A stretch of DNA of 64,000 bases from Thermoplasmata archaeon. GTDB taxonomy: Archaea > Thermoplasmatota > Thermoplasmata > Lutacidiplasmatales > UBA184. Position 1 is the stretch's first letter; the number at the start of each line of letters is the position of its first letter. Below are positions 1 to 9,026 of this stretch, one piece after another. The position numbers were made by a program, and so were the translations under genes. The DNA lies in NCBI GenBank assembly GCA_021828195.1, contig JAKASQ010000002.1:91920-155919 (forward strand). The letters are read 5' to 3'. A model generated the notes under the pieces. It searched no databases, had not been told where the DNA came from, and saw only the letters and a program-made list of their open reading frames with translations.

Positions 1-126
1 GTAGATCCCCTCCTCCTCGAGGGCTTTGAGGCACTGGCTGCCGGAGTAGTCGAACTCTCCGGCCTCGCCGATCTTCAACGCTCCCGAGCCGAGGAGCACC
101 ACCTTGGAGGGCAATGATCGGGTCAC
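1..126 (-). CDS. carB: Carbamoyl-phosphate synthase large subunit, N-terminal fragment (runs off the window)
   Basis: Hand translation of the minus strand gives [42 protein letters not shown], the CarB N-terminal signature. The GTG start overlaps the carA stop (GTGA). Confidence 0.92.
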   Translation of the reverse strand, partial: MTRSLPSKVVLLGSGALKIGEAGEFDYSGSQCLKALEEEGIY

Positions 127-1271
127 GCGCGTCGCTTCACCTTTCCTAGGAAGTGGTCGAAGACGAACCCGGCCTCTTGGGGCCCGGGGTGGCCCTCGGG
201 GTGGCCCTGGAGCGCGAAGGCATTTCCGCGGGGATCCCGCAGCCCTTCGAGGGTCCCATCGTCCGGGTTCATCCCCCACGCCCGCAGTCCGCTCGGCTTG
301 AACGACTTCGGATCGACGGCGTAGCCGTGATTCTCACTGACGATGAGCGCGCGTCCATCGGGGAAGACGATCGTCTTGTTCTGGCCCCGATGGCCGAACT
401 TCATCTTGTAGGTGCTCGCGCCCCGGGCGAGCGCGATCAGTTGTAGGCCGAGGCAGATGCCCAAGGTCGGCAGCGCACGCGTGGACGGCCGACGCAGCTC
501 CTCCACCGTTCGGGCGAGCTGTTCCGGGTCCCCCGGACCATTTCCGACGAGTAGCCCGGAGACGCGACGACCCTCGAAGCGCGCCGGCACTTCGTGATCG
601 TACGGCAGCCTCAGCACCGAGGTCCCACGCTCGACGAGGGCACGAAGGATGCTGGTCTTGATGCCACAATCGAGCACCGCGACGAGCGGGCCGCGGCCTC
701 CCCCGAGGATCTCCGGGGCTCGCGGGCTCACGGCGCCCATGTACTTCTCATCGGCATAGGAAGGAGCCTGCCCGATTTCACGGAGGAGCTCCTCCGAGCT
801 CGGACGGTCTTCCGGCGGGCCGACGTCGATGATCCCGCGCACGACGCCCTCCGTACGCAGATGCTCGGTGAGGCGGCGGGTATCGATGCCGCAGACCCCG
901 GGCACCCCTTCCTCCTCCAGCCACGATGGCAGCGTCCCGACGCTGTCCCAGTGGTGCGGGGCCGTGAGGCCCCGCGCGATCATCCCGCGCACTTGGATCG
1001 AGGAGGACTCGAAACCGACCGGGAGGCCGTTCGAATCCACCACCCCTCGTCGCGGGACGCCGTAGTTCCCGAGGAGCGGATAGGTGAAGGTGAGGATCTG
1101 CCCACGGAAGGACGGATCCGTGAGCGTCTCGGGGTATCCGACCATGCCGGTCGTGAATACCACCTCACCGACGCGGCGCGCTCGCGCACCGAAGCCGACG
1201 CCGTCGAAACGGCTTCCGTCCTCGAGAAATAGAGTCCCCCCCAGAGCGCTCTCCGGCTCCGCCGGCGGCAC
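123..1271 (-). CDS. carA: Carbamoyl-phosphate synthase small subunit
   Basis: C-terminal half of ORF 123..2525: [56 protein letters not shown] start at 1271 is inferred. The upstream part of the ORF is a shadow of the opposite-strand gene. Confidence 0.93.
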   Translation of the reverse strand: MPPAEPESALGGTLFLEDGSRFDGVGFGARARRVGEVVFTTGMVGYPETLTDPSFRGQILTFTYPLLGNYGVPRRGVVDSNGLPVGFESSSIQVRGMIARGLTAPHHWDSVGTLPSWLEEEGVPGVCGIDTRRLTEHLRTEGVVRGIIDVGPPEDRPSSEELLREIGQAPSYADEKYMGAVSPRAPEILGGGRGPLVAVLDCGIKTSILRALVERGTSVLRLPYDHEVPARFEGRRVSGLLVGNGPGDPEQLARTVEELRRPSTRALPTLGICLGLQLIALARGASTYKMKFGHRGQNKTIVFPDGRALIVSENHGYAVDPKSFKPSGLRAWGMNPDDGTLEGLRDPRGNAFALQGHPEGHPGPQEAGFVFDHFLGKVKRRA

Positions 1272-1310
1272 GGACGTGTGGAACCCGAGCCCGACCAGGT
1301 GGTCGTCTGG

Positions 1311-1318
1311 GTTTAAGA
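1311..1318 (-). promoter_or_regulatory. Candidate TATA box for carA-carB
   Basis: TCTTAAAC on the minus strand, about 40 nt upstream of the proposed carA start, in otherwise GC-rich DNA. Confidence 0.45.
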
Positions 1319-1391
1319 TTTGCGCGGACCGGAGCGGCCCGAGCCAGCTCTCCCGCGACGGGCTAATGACCCGGGGTTCGTAGGGCCGGCG

Positions 1392-2534
1392 ATGCTTGTT
1401 GACACCATCCCGGACTCCCCCATCCTCACATTGATGGAGCGCATCTTCCGGATGCGAGCCGCGGGGGAGACCGTAATCGGCTTGCATATCGGCGAGCCGG
1501 ACTTCGATACCCCACCGGGGATCCGCGCGGCGGCGACGCGCGCGCTCGAAGAGGGGCAGACCCATTACGGATCCTCGCAGGGGACTCCCGAGCTCCGCAG
1601 CGCGATTGCCGAGCGACTCGCGCGCCGACACCACATCCCCGCTCGAGCGGAGGACGTGGTGATCATGCCGTCGAAGTTCGCGATCTACGCGACGATCCTC
1701 GCGACCACCTCCCCCGGGGACGAGGTCCTCATCCCGAACCCGACCTACCTGTTCGAGCAGGCCGTGCGCCTCGCCGGCGCCACGCCGGTGTTCGTTCCCC
1801 TGCGAGAGAACTACGGCCTCGATCCCGCGATCCTCGAGGCGGCGGTGACCCCTCGGACCCGGCTCATCATCTACGCCACCCCGGGGAATCCCACGGGACA
1901 TCTCATGGACCGGCACGATCTCCAGGCGACGATCGAGATCGCGCGAAAGCACCAGCTCATCCTCGCGAGCGACGAGACGTACGAGTCGCTGGTCTACGAC
2001 GGAACGCACTTCGCGAGCGCCGCGCTCGCCTACGGGGCCGAGCGGGTCGTCACGCTGGGAAGCTTCTCGAAGACGTTCGCCATGACCGGCTGGCGCGCCG
2101 GGTACGCGATCGCACCGCCCTCGATCCGCGCGAGGCTGGTGAAGGTCGTGGAACACACCCTGACCTGCATCCCCCCGTTCGTCCAGGAGGGTTGCCGATG
2201 GGCGCTGGAGCACGCCGAACCGGAGGCCGAGCGCTTCCGCGAGGAGTTCCGGGCCCGACGCGATGCCCTCGTCCCGGCGCTCGCATCGATCCCCGGGTTC
2301 CATCTCGCCCGTCCCGACGGAGCCTTCTACGCCTTCCCTTCCTACGACCTTCCGCTCTCCTCCGTCGAGTTTGCCGAACGCCTGCTCATCGAGGAGCATG
2401 TCGCCGTCGTCCCGGGGCTCTCGTTCGGGCCGGCGGGTGAACGGCACATCCGCATCTCCTACGCCCGGCCCCGGGCCGAGCTCGCCGAAGGCGTGGGGCG
2501 GATCCGTCACTTCGTCGAGCGGCACCGCGCGTGA
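1392..2534 (+). CDS. Class I/II PLP-dependent aminotransferase (aspartate aminotransferase-like)
   Basis: IGEPDF, PGNPTG, SDETYE, GSFSKTFAMTGWRAGY, PDGAFY. ATG at 1392 chosen as start. Confidence 0.9.
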   Translation: MLVDTIPDSPILTLMERIFRMRAAGETVIGLHIGEPDFDTPPGIRAAATRALEEGQTHYGSSQGTPELRSAIAERLARRHHIPARAEDVVIMPSKFAIYATILATTSPGDEVLIPNPTYLFEQAVRLAGATPVFVPLRENYGLDPAILEAAVTPRTRLIIYATPGNPTGHLMDRHDLQATIEIARKHQLILASDETYESLVYDGTHFASAALAYGAERVVTLGSFSKTFAMTGWRAGYAIAPPSIRARLVKVVEHTLTCIPPFVQEGCRWALEHAEPEAERFREEFRARRDALVPALASIPGFHLARPDGAFYAFPSYDLPLSSVEFAERLLIEEHVAVVPGLSFGPAGERHIRISYARPRAELAEGVGRIRHFVERHRA

Positions 2535-2586
2535 GCGCTCGGCCCTCGCCGGACCGCTTTAGTAGCCGAGACCGATCGACCGCTCG

Positions 2587-3246
2587 ATGCCCTTCCCCTC
2601 CCGCGTGCACGATCTTACGGCGACCCTCCAGACCCACATGGCCACCTGGCCGACGTCGCCGCTCCCGGTGTTCGAGCCGACCGCCTTCAACGCTCGGGAC
2701 GGCGTCGCGGGGGAGCGAATCGTCTGTTCATCCCACACGGGGACCCACGTCGATGCGCCGTACCACTTCGTCGAGGACGGCCGGACCGTCGATGCCATCC
2801 CACCGGAGGATCTCGTGGGCCCGGCCGTCGTCTTCGATCTGCGGTCGGAGATCGATGGCCCCCTCCTCCGCCGGGCCAGCCTCGAACGGCATTGGCCGAA
2901 GGGCCCGGCTCCGGCCTTCGTCCTGCTGCGCACCGACTGGAGCCAGCAGCGCGCCCCGACCCAGCGCTACCTGTACGACTTCCCGGGCCTCGAGGTGCCC
3001 GCCGCGAAGTTCCTGGTCGAGCGGGGGATCCGGGCCGTGGGCACCGACACGCTGTCCATCGACCCGTATGCGAACTCGGAGTTCGGGGCCCACAAGACCC
3101 TGCTCGCGCGCGGGATCTGGATCCTCGAAGCGTTGGACCACTTGGACCAGTTGCGCGAAGGGGTGGTGTACACGCTCGTTGTCGGACCCCTGAAGATCGG
3201 TGGAGGGAGCGGGGCCATGAGCCGGGTCCTCGCGCTCGAGTTGTAG
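2587..3246 (+). CDS. Cyclase family / kynurenine formamidase-like metal hydrolase
   Basis: SHTGTHVDAPYH motif, GTDTLSID, ILEAL. An AT-rich CTTTAGTA lies about 28 nt upstream. Confidence 0.88.
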   Translation: MPFPSRVHDLTATLQTHMATWPTSPLPVFEPTAFNARDGVAGERIVCSSHTGTHVDAPYHFVEDGRTVDAIPPEDLVGPAVVFDLRSEIDGPLLRRASLERHWPKGPAPAFVLLRTDWSQQRAPTQRYLYDFPGLEVPAAKFLVERGIRAVGTDTLSIDPYANSEFGAHKTLLARGIWILEALDHLDQLREGVVYTLVVGPLKIGGGSGAMSRVLALEL

Positions 3247-3256
3247 GAGGCCGGCG

Positions 3257-4051
3257 ATGGGCATCGATCTGGAACTCGCGGGGCAACGGGTCCTCGTTAC
3301 GGGAGCGAGCCAGGGGATCGGATATGCGGCCGCTCGCGCGCTCCTCGAGGAGGGAGCCCGTGTCGTGATCAACTCCTCCCAGCCGGAGCGCCTCGCGCGA
3401 GCGGTCCAGGCACTCTCCGCGTTGGGCCCCGTCCACGGGATCGTCGCCGACCTGCGCCATCCCTCGGATCTGGAGCGACTGATCGGTGAGTCCACGGAGC
3501 ACCTCGGCGGGCTGGACGTGCTCGTCTACGTGACGGGCGGACCTGCGCCTGGACGCGCCATGGAGCTCGATTACGCGGCCTGGCAGCGGGCCGCAGAACA
3601 GCTCGCGGTGAGCCCGGCCTACTTGAGCCGCCTCGCCGCCGAACGGATGATCTCCAACCCAAGCGGGGGCCGCATCGTGCTCCTGGGATCGCTCACGATG
3701 CGCGAGCCGATCCCGATCCTCGCGCTATCGAATGTGATGCGGATCTCCTTGCTGGGCCTCGTCCGCACGCTCGCGCGCGAGCTCGGACCCAAGCGGGTTC
3801 GCGTGAACGGGATCCTCCCGGGATACATCGACACGGAGCGGGTCCGGGAGATCTTCGAGGACACCGCTCGTCGCGAAGCGATCTCACTCGCGGAGGCCCG
3901 GGCGCGCCTGGAGCGGGAGATCCCACTCGGTCGGCTCGGCGACCCCGCCGAGCTCGCTCGGGTGATCGCGTTCCTGGCGAGCGACGCATCGTCGTACGTC
4001 ACGGGCGCCGTTCTCCCTGTGGACGGCGGGATCCTTCGATCCGTCGGTTAG
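3257..4051 (+). CDS. Short-chain dehydrogenase/reductase
   Basis: TGASQGIG, VNGILPGYIDT, SYVTGAVLPVDGG. The usual YxxxK appears as SNVMR, so it is atypical. Confidence 0.88.
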   Translation: MGIDLELAGQRVLVTGASQGIGYAAARALLEEGARVVINSSQPERLARAVQALSALGPVHGIVADLRHPSDLERLIGESTEHLGGLDVLVYVTGGPAPGRAMELDYAAWQRAAEQLAVSPAYLSRLAAERMISNPSGGRIVLLGSLTMREPIPILALSNVMRISLLGLVRTLARELGPKRVRVNGILPGYIDTERVREIFEDTARREAISLAEARARLEREIPLGRLGDPAELARVIAFLASDASSYVTGAVLPVDGGILRSVG

Positions 4052-4401
4052 GCGTCGGGAGGGAGCGCCTCACCCCGAAACTCCGCTCGTTCCGGTGCGA
4101 AGACGTCGAGGACGACGGTCGCACGGTCGGGGTCGGAGTGCAACTCGTGGGGCACGTCGGGAGGAACGTAGTACGCGTCGCCGCGGACCATCTTCCAGGT
4201 TGCGTCGCCGACCGTGAAGAGCCCGCCGCCCTCGAGCACGGTACCGTACTGCGCGTGCGGGTGGGTATGCTTTGGGAACATGCTGCCGGGAGCGATGCGG
4301 TAGAGGACGAGCATCGCGCTCGGTCCGTGCGCTAGGATGCGGCGCTGAACACCGGGAAGCATCTCGTGCCAAGCCCCGGCCTTCTCGTGCCACAACGGCA
4401 T
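4048..4401 (-). CDS. Cupin domain protein
   Basis: HTHPHAQ ... VPPDVPHEL cupin metal-binding motifs. Confidence 0.85.
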   Translation of the reverse strand: MPLWHEKAGAWHEMLPGVQRRILAHGPSAMLVLYRIAPGSMFPKHTHPHAQYGTVLEGGGLFTVGDATWKMVRGDAYYVPPDVPHELHSDPDRATVVLDVFAPERAEFRGEALPPDA

Positions 4402-4507
4402 CCCCCGAGCGATGCGCCCCCGCTATTTGGAGGGTGAGGGGCGCATCTCCCGGAGGATTTCGGCTCGGCGAGGCATCAAATCCACGACGGGGTTCGTCCG
4501 GTACGAT

Positions 4508-5506
4508 ATGCCCGGGTTCCCGCGACTCCAAGAGTCCTACGACATCGTCATCGTGGGCGGGGGCCACGCGGGGCTCCAAGCGGGATTGAAGGCGGCGCTC
4601 TTGGGTCACTCCGCCGCTCTGCTCGATCGGGGACCGAGGTACAGCCGGTCGTACTATGCGCCGACCATGGACAACATTCCCGGGTTTCCCGACGGGATCT
4701 CCGGCCACAAGCTCCTCGATGCTCAGATCGCGGCGGTGCGCAAGGTCGACCGCGAGGTCGGCTACTTCACCCCGGCCGAGGTGACGCGCGTCGAGCGCGC
4801 CGAGGCCGGTCAGTACGCGGTGGCGTTCGACTGGCTCAAGCAACGCCGGGTCACCCGGGGCCGGGCCGTCATCCTCGCGATGGGGGTCGTCGACCGGATG
4901 CCGGTGATCGGAGGCAAGATCGACCCGATCTTCCCCTGGGCCAATCAGGCGATCGTCGAATTTTGCATCCTGTGTGACGGGCACACGCTCCCGAGCCGGT
5001 CGGTCGCGGTGCTGGGTCACGATGCGTTCGCCGTGCGATCCGCGATCGACCTCTTCCACTTCCAGCCGGCTTCGGTGGCGCTCCTTACGAACGGCCGCCC
5101 CCTCCTCGAAGGAAGCGACGGGGCCGAGCGTGCCGATCTTGAGCGCCAGATGGCCGAGCGCCACATCTCTCTCCACGACTCGGAGATCGTAGGGTTTGAC
5201 GGGATCCGGGAGCAGCGCTTCCACGTCCGGTTCGCCGACGGCTCCGTCCGGCAGTACGACAAGGGGTTCAGCGCCCTCGGCTGGTACAACATGAACTCCC
5301 AGATCCCGCGCTCCCTCGGGGCCCGGTTCGACCACGATGGGTTTGTCGTGACCGACGAGGATTGCCGGGTGCTATCCGATGCATCGGGCGAGGTCATCCC
5401 GGGCCTGTACTGCGTAGGGGACCTGCGGAACGGATGGAATCAGATTCCCGAAGCGTGGGCCACCGCGGAGCGGGCCGTGATCCATGCGTACTCGTGGTAC
5501 CTGTAG
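4508..5506 (+). CDS. Thioredoxin-reductase-like FAD-dependent oxidoreductase
   Basis: IVIVGGGHAG FAD motif, NIPGFPDGISG, CILCDG redox CxxC, GLYCVGD. ATG at 4508 chosen. Confidence 0.82.
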   Translation: MPGFPRLQESYDIVIVGGGHAGLQAGLKAALLGHSAALLDRGPRYSRSYYAPTMDNIPGFPDGISGHKLLDAQIAAVRKVDREVGYFTPAEVTRVERAEAGQYAVAFDWLKQRRVTRGRAVILAMGVVDRMPVIGGKIDPIFPWANQAIVEFCILCDGHTLPSRSVAVLGHDAFAVRSAIDLFHFQPASVALLTNGRPLLEGSDGAERADLERQMAERHISLHDSEIVGFDGIREQRFHVRFADGSVRQYDKGFSALGWYNMNSQIPRSLGARFDHDGFVVTDEDCRVLSDASGEVIPGLYCVGDLRNGWNQIPEAWATAERAVIHAYSWYL

Positions 5507-5527
5507 TTCCTCCCGGGCGCCGAGGCC

Positions 5528-6295
5528 CTACCCGGGAGTGGCCGACGCGACGCGGGGTCGGGGCTCGGAGGGCGGGCTCGCGATTTGGAGCTGTCGCGAG
5601 AGCTCGGTGAGGTCGGTGGCGATCGCGGAGGCGCCGGCGGCTAGGAAGCGGTCGGTCGACATGGTCGACGACTCGGACGGATCGGGAAGAACGGCGTAGA
5701 AGCGCACGCCCGCGCGCGTCGCGCACTCCGCATCGATCAGATGGTCTCCGACGTAGAGCGCGCGCTCGACCGGGACCCCCATCTCCGAGAGGAGGTAGAG
5801 GAGGGCCTCAGGGGAGGGTTTCGCGGGACCCGGCGCGTTGCGCGTCCGCATGAAGGAGAAGTACCGGTCGAGGTGGGTTCGGCCGAGGGCTTCGCGGGTG
5901 AACGGCTCCGAGCTGCGGGTCAACAGGCCCAGCCGGAATCCGCGTCCGTGGAGTCCCCGAAGGAGTGCCGGGGCCCCCGCACGGACCGTCGTCCGGTCGA
6001 GCGCCTGCATCTCGATCCCGTCGATCAGTTTGTGAAACTCGGCCTCGAACCGGAGGATGACGGTAGTCGGGGTCTCGGAAGAACGCAGTTCGTCGCGGGC
6101 GCTCTCCAAGATGCGATGGAGCGGCTCCTCCGGGCTCAATCGGCCGGGGGTGACCCCGTAGCGCTCGGCGAGCCGGATCACCTCGTGGCGCATCCGTCCG
6201 AAATCGTGACGCGACACCACGAGGGTGCCATCGAGGTCGAAGACGACCCCGAGAACGGGTTCGATGAACCGGGGCTCCGGGACGCGCGTGGGCAT
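5528..6295 (-). CDS. HAD-superfamily hydrolase (phosphoglycolate phosphatase-like)
   Basis: VFDLDGTLV, AKPSPEAL, YVGDHLID. Confidence 0.88.
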   Translation of the reverse strand: MPTRVPEPRFIEPVLGVVFDLDGTLVVSRHDFGRMRHEVIRLAERYGVTPGRLSPEEPLHRILESARDELRSSETPTTVILRFEAEFHKLIDGIEMQALDRTTVRAGAPALLRGLHGRGFRLGLLTRSSEPFTREALGRTHLDRYFSFMRTRNAPGPAKPSPEALLYLLSEMGVPVERALYVGDHLIDAECATRAGVRFYAVLPDPSESSTMSTDRFLAAGASAIATDLTELSRQLQIASPPSEPRPRVASATPG

Positions 6296-6374
6296 GGGTA
6301 CCTCTCGGAGAGAAAATACACGAGCGATGGTACGTATAGTCTTCCCTCCACCGGCAGGCCCGCCGGGGGGGCCG

Positions 6375-7901
6375 CTAGGTGCCGTTCGGCCGCTCGAGCG
6401 TCACGATCGATTCGCGCAGGCGGAAGGAGCGCCGCTGGCCGGAGCGTCGTTCGCGTGCGATGTCGACCGATCGGATCCGAAAGCCAACGGAAGCGCCGAG
6501 GCGGGCGGTGATCAGATCCCCGGGGACGTACGTGCCGGCGAGCAGCGAATCTCCGATGACAAGGACGAATCGTCCGCCGGGCCGGAGCGAGCGGTAGACT
6601 CCCGATAGGATCTGAAGCAGGTCCCGGAAGTAGCGGTGGACGATCCCGTGCATGTCATCGCGCCGGTAACATCCCTTGCGCCCCGTCCGATCCCGGATCT
6701 GCTCGAGGATCTCGGGCAGCCAGGGGTCCGGGGCGTCGTGCGTGGTTCGATACGCTCGCGTTTCCGCACGAGGCAGGTTGTCGCAGGCGACCTCCTCCCG
6801 ACGCAATCTCGCGAGATCGGCGTACGAAGAGACGTACCCGAGCCACGCGAGGTCGATCTTGTAGTTCATGACGTAGTCCATCCCGTTCACGTAGGGCGGG
6901 CTCGTGAGCGCGAGATCCACCGATCCCGCGGGCAACTCCATCGTTCGCGCGTCCCGCTGCTCGACCACGATCGGGGGGCCCCAGCCCGCGCGCTCGGGGG
7001 CCAGGACCTCGAGATCGGACCCCATCTCGGCGATCGCGGCACGGAACCGATCGAACGGGGGCGGGCCGGCGGGTGCCGCCGGTCCGTACCCCAGGCACGG
7101 GGAGCGTCGCAGGTGGCTGGACGGGATGAGGATCCGACCGAAGGCGAGGCGGGCCGCCTCGTCCTCGGGCCGAGCCGACTCGGGAAGGGCATCGCGCAGC
7201 TGGGTGAGTTCGTCCAAGACATCGGGGTCGAACTGTCGCCGGGTCTCGCGGAGGAACGGGAGGGCTCCGGGGGCTGATCGACGCGCGCGCGCGAGCACGC
7301 GTCGCCCGGCGCGGTCAAGCGCGGAGCGATCGAGTTCGAACCGGCCCTTCACGCGCGCCGCGAGCGCCGCCGGCGCGAGCAGTTCGAAGCCGATGGCTCG
7401 GGCTCCGGCGCGGCGAGCCTCGATGAGGGTCGTCCCGCTTCCCGAGAACGGGTCGAGCACGGTCGCCGGGGCGGAAAGCCCGGCATGGTCGATCACCGTG
7501 CGCACGAATTCCGCCGAGTAGCCCTGAACGTACGGCCACCAGCGATGGACCGGCAACTGATCGTTGGGTCGGAAGGTGATCGGACCGTCGTACGTGCCGA
7601 GAGCGACACCGTCCTCGTGCTCGAAGCGCTCCCGGAAGGCGGCCGCGTCCTCGAAATCCGGTCGACGCTCCAGGGTCTCGTAGTCGCTCAGCATCCACAG
7701 GCCACGGCCCATTCGCACGACTTCGCCGCGCGCTGCGAGACGGCCGAGCTCCACCTCCACCACCGGGGAGTCGACCTCCAGTCTCCGGGCCAGTTGGCGG
7801 ACGGTGGCCCCAATCGCCCCCGTCTCCTCCAGGGCGGTGCGCAGCTCCGCCGAGGAACCCATCATCGCGGGAGCCGGGAGTGCGACCACCAGGGCGCGCA
7901 T
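6375..7901 (-). CDS. DNA methyltransferase (amino-MTase, N4-cytosine type, alpha motif order) with N-terminal winged-helix-like segment
   Basis: HRWWPYVQGYS, motif I VLDPFSGSGTT, motif IV TSPPY. N-terminus ATVRQLARRLEVDSPVVEVELGRL...GEVVRMGRGLW. Start is 7901 or 7865. Confidence 0.82.
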   Translation of the reverse strand: MRALVVALPAPAMMGSSAELRTALEETGAIGATVRQLARRLEVDSPVVEVELGRLAARGEVVRMGRGLWMLSDYETLERRPDFEDAAAFRERFEHEDGVALGTYDGPITFRPNDQLPVHRWWPYVQGYSAEFVRTVIDHAGLSAPATVLDPFSGSGTTLIEARRAGARAIGFELLAPAALAARVKGRFELDRSALDRAGRRVLARARRSAPGALPFLRETRRQFDPDVLDELTQLRDALPESARPEDEAARLAFGRILIPSSHLRRSPCLGYGPAAPAGPPPFDRFRAAIAEMGSDLEVLAPERAGWGPPIVVEQRDARTMELPAGSVDLALTSPPYVNGMDYVMNYKIDLAWLGYVSSYADLARLRREEVACDNLPRAETRAYRTTHDAPDPWLPEILEQIRDRTGRKGCYRRDDMHGIVHRYFRDLLQILSGVYRSLRPGGRFVLVIGDSLLAGTYVPGDLITARLGASVGFRIRSVDIARERRSGQRRSFRLRESIVTLERPNGT

Positions 7902-7920
7902 CTGCGCGGCCGCTATCTCC

Positions 7921-8889
7921 CTATCGGTGTCGAGCGCTCGTCGGTCGAGTCGCTCGGCGGGGGCGAGCCGGGCGCGGGGGGCGCGTGGTGGTGGGACGGT
8001 CGGGGACCCCACGGGCGGTTCGATGATGGCGGAGGTGGAGCCGTTTGAGCTCTCGAATGAGGTCGTGCCGCATCCGACGATGCTCTACGTGAAACGCACG
8101 GGCCCACGGCTCGCGCCGGTGATCCGGGTCGAGCTCATCGAGCCGCAGGGCGAGCACGTCCCGATCGTGGAGCTCTCCGAGGCGGCGCTGGACCGACGCC
8201 AGGCGGCGGGGGAAGGTGGAGGACAGCGTTCCCTGGAGCGCGTCTTGGAGATCGGACAGGTAGCGCCACCGTCGCACGCGCACTCGGACCTCGTGGAGCC
8301 GCTCCGGACTGGGCCGGCGCATCGATCGCTTCCGTGCCCGACGTGCCGATCGCTCGAGGAGCTGTCGCTCTTCTTCGAGGCCACGGGCGATCGCCTCCGT
8401 GGTCGGAGCGGTGATCGAGCCTCCCAGAGCCACGGCCACCTCCTCGAAGAGCCCCGCCTGGCGTTCCGCTCGCAGGGTGGCTCGCAGGAGCTCGCGGCCC
8501 GTTCGAGTATCGTCCCGAAGGCGGCGACGCAGCGTCCACAGAGCGGAATCCGTGCTCATCCCGGAGGGCGACGATCCGTCCAAGAACCGGTCCACCAGCG
8601 TCAGCGCAACATCGAGGTCCCGCACCTCCCCGACAAGCCGGGTCGCTCGGCGCAGCCGCGCATCCAGCGCGGGCCAGGCCCCTCGGCCCGCGCGCCGACC
8701 GACCCGCGCCGCGACGCCCGCGAGCGTGCGCAGGCGGCGTAGATCGCGGTGAAGATCGTGCAGGTCCTCCGCCGTTGGGTGCGCCCGCAGGATCACCCGG
8801 TCGGTCGACGCGGTCGTCGTCGTGAGACACTCGCGGACGTAGCGCGCGAGCGTGGCCGGCGAGAGCGATGACGTTGGGGACTTCGCCAT
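7921..8889 (-). CDS. CHAD domain protein (polyphosphate-binding)
   Basis: EDLHDLHRDLRRLRT, LVGEVRDLDV, ERLHEVRVRVRRWRY, LGELHDRDV: the twofold CHAD H/R/D motifs. Start MAKSP at 8889. Confidence 0.88.
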   Translation of the reverse strand: MAKSPTSSLSPATLARYVRECLTTTTASTDRVILRAHPTAEDLHDLHRDLRRLRTLAGVAARVGRRAGRGAWPALDARLRRATRLVGEVRDLDVALTLVDRFLDGSSPSGMSTDSALWTLRRRLRDDTRTGRELLRATLRAERQAGLFEEVAVALGGSITAPTTEAIARGLEEERQLLERSARRARKRSMRRPSPERLHEVRVRVRRWRYLSDLQDALQGTLSSTFPRRLASVQRRLGELHDRDVLALRLDELDPDHRREPWARAFHVEHRRMRHDLIRELKRLHLRHHRTARGVPDRPTTTRPPRPARPRRATRPTSARHR

Positions 8890-9026
8890 GATGATGAACC
8901 GCTCCGGGGCCGAGGAAGACGGGCCCGTCGCCCGACCGGAACGCACCGTGCGGGGGAGTAAGGCGTACACGGGGTGCGGACCCCGGGCGCGATGATTCTT
9001 ATCGGGGGGATGCGTAAGGGGCGGGC

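Noticed and set aside
1272-2525. N-terminal 400-aa extension of carA in ORF 123..2525
   Set aside because: It is the antisense shadow of the aminotransferase; CarA homology begins only near 1271.
6375-7901. Type II restriction-modification system or defence island
   Set aside because: No endonuclease-like ORF is adjacent, and there are no mobility or other defence genes.
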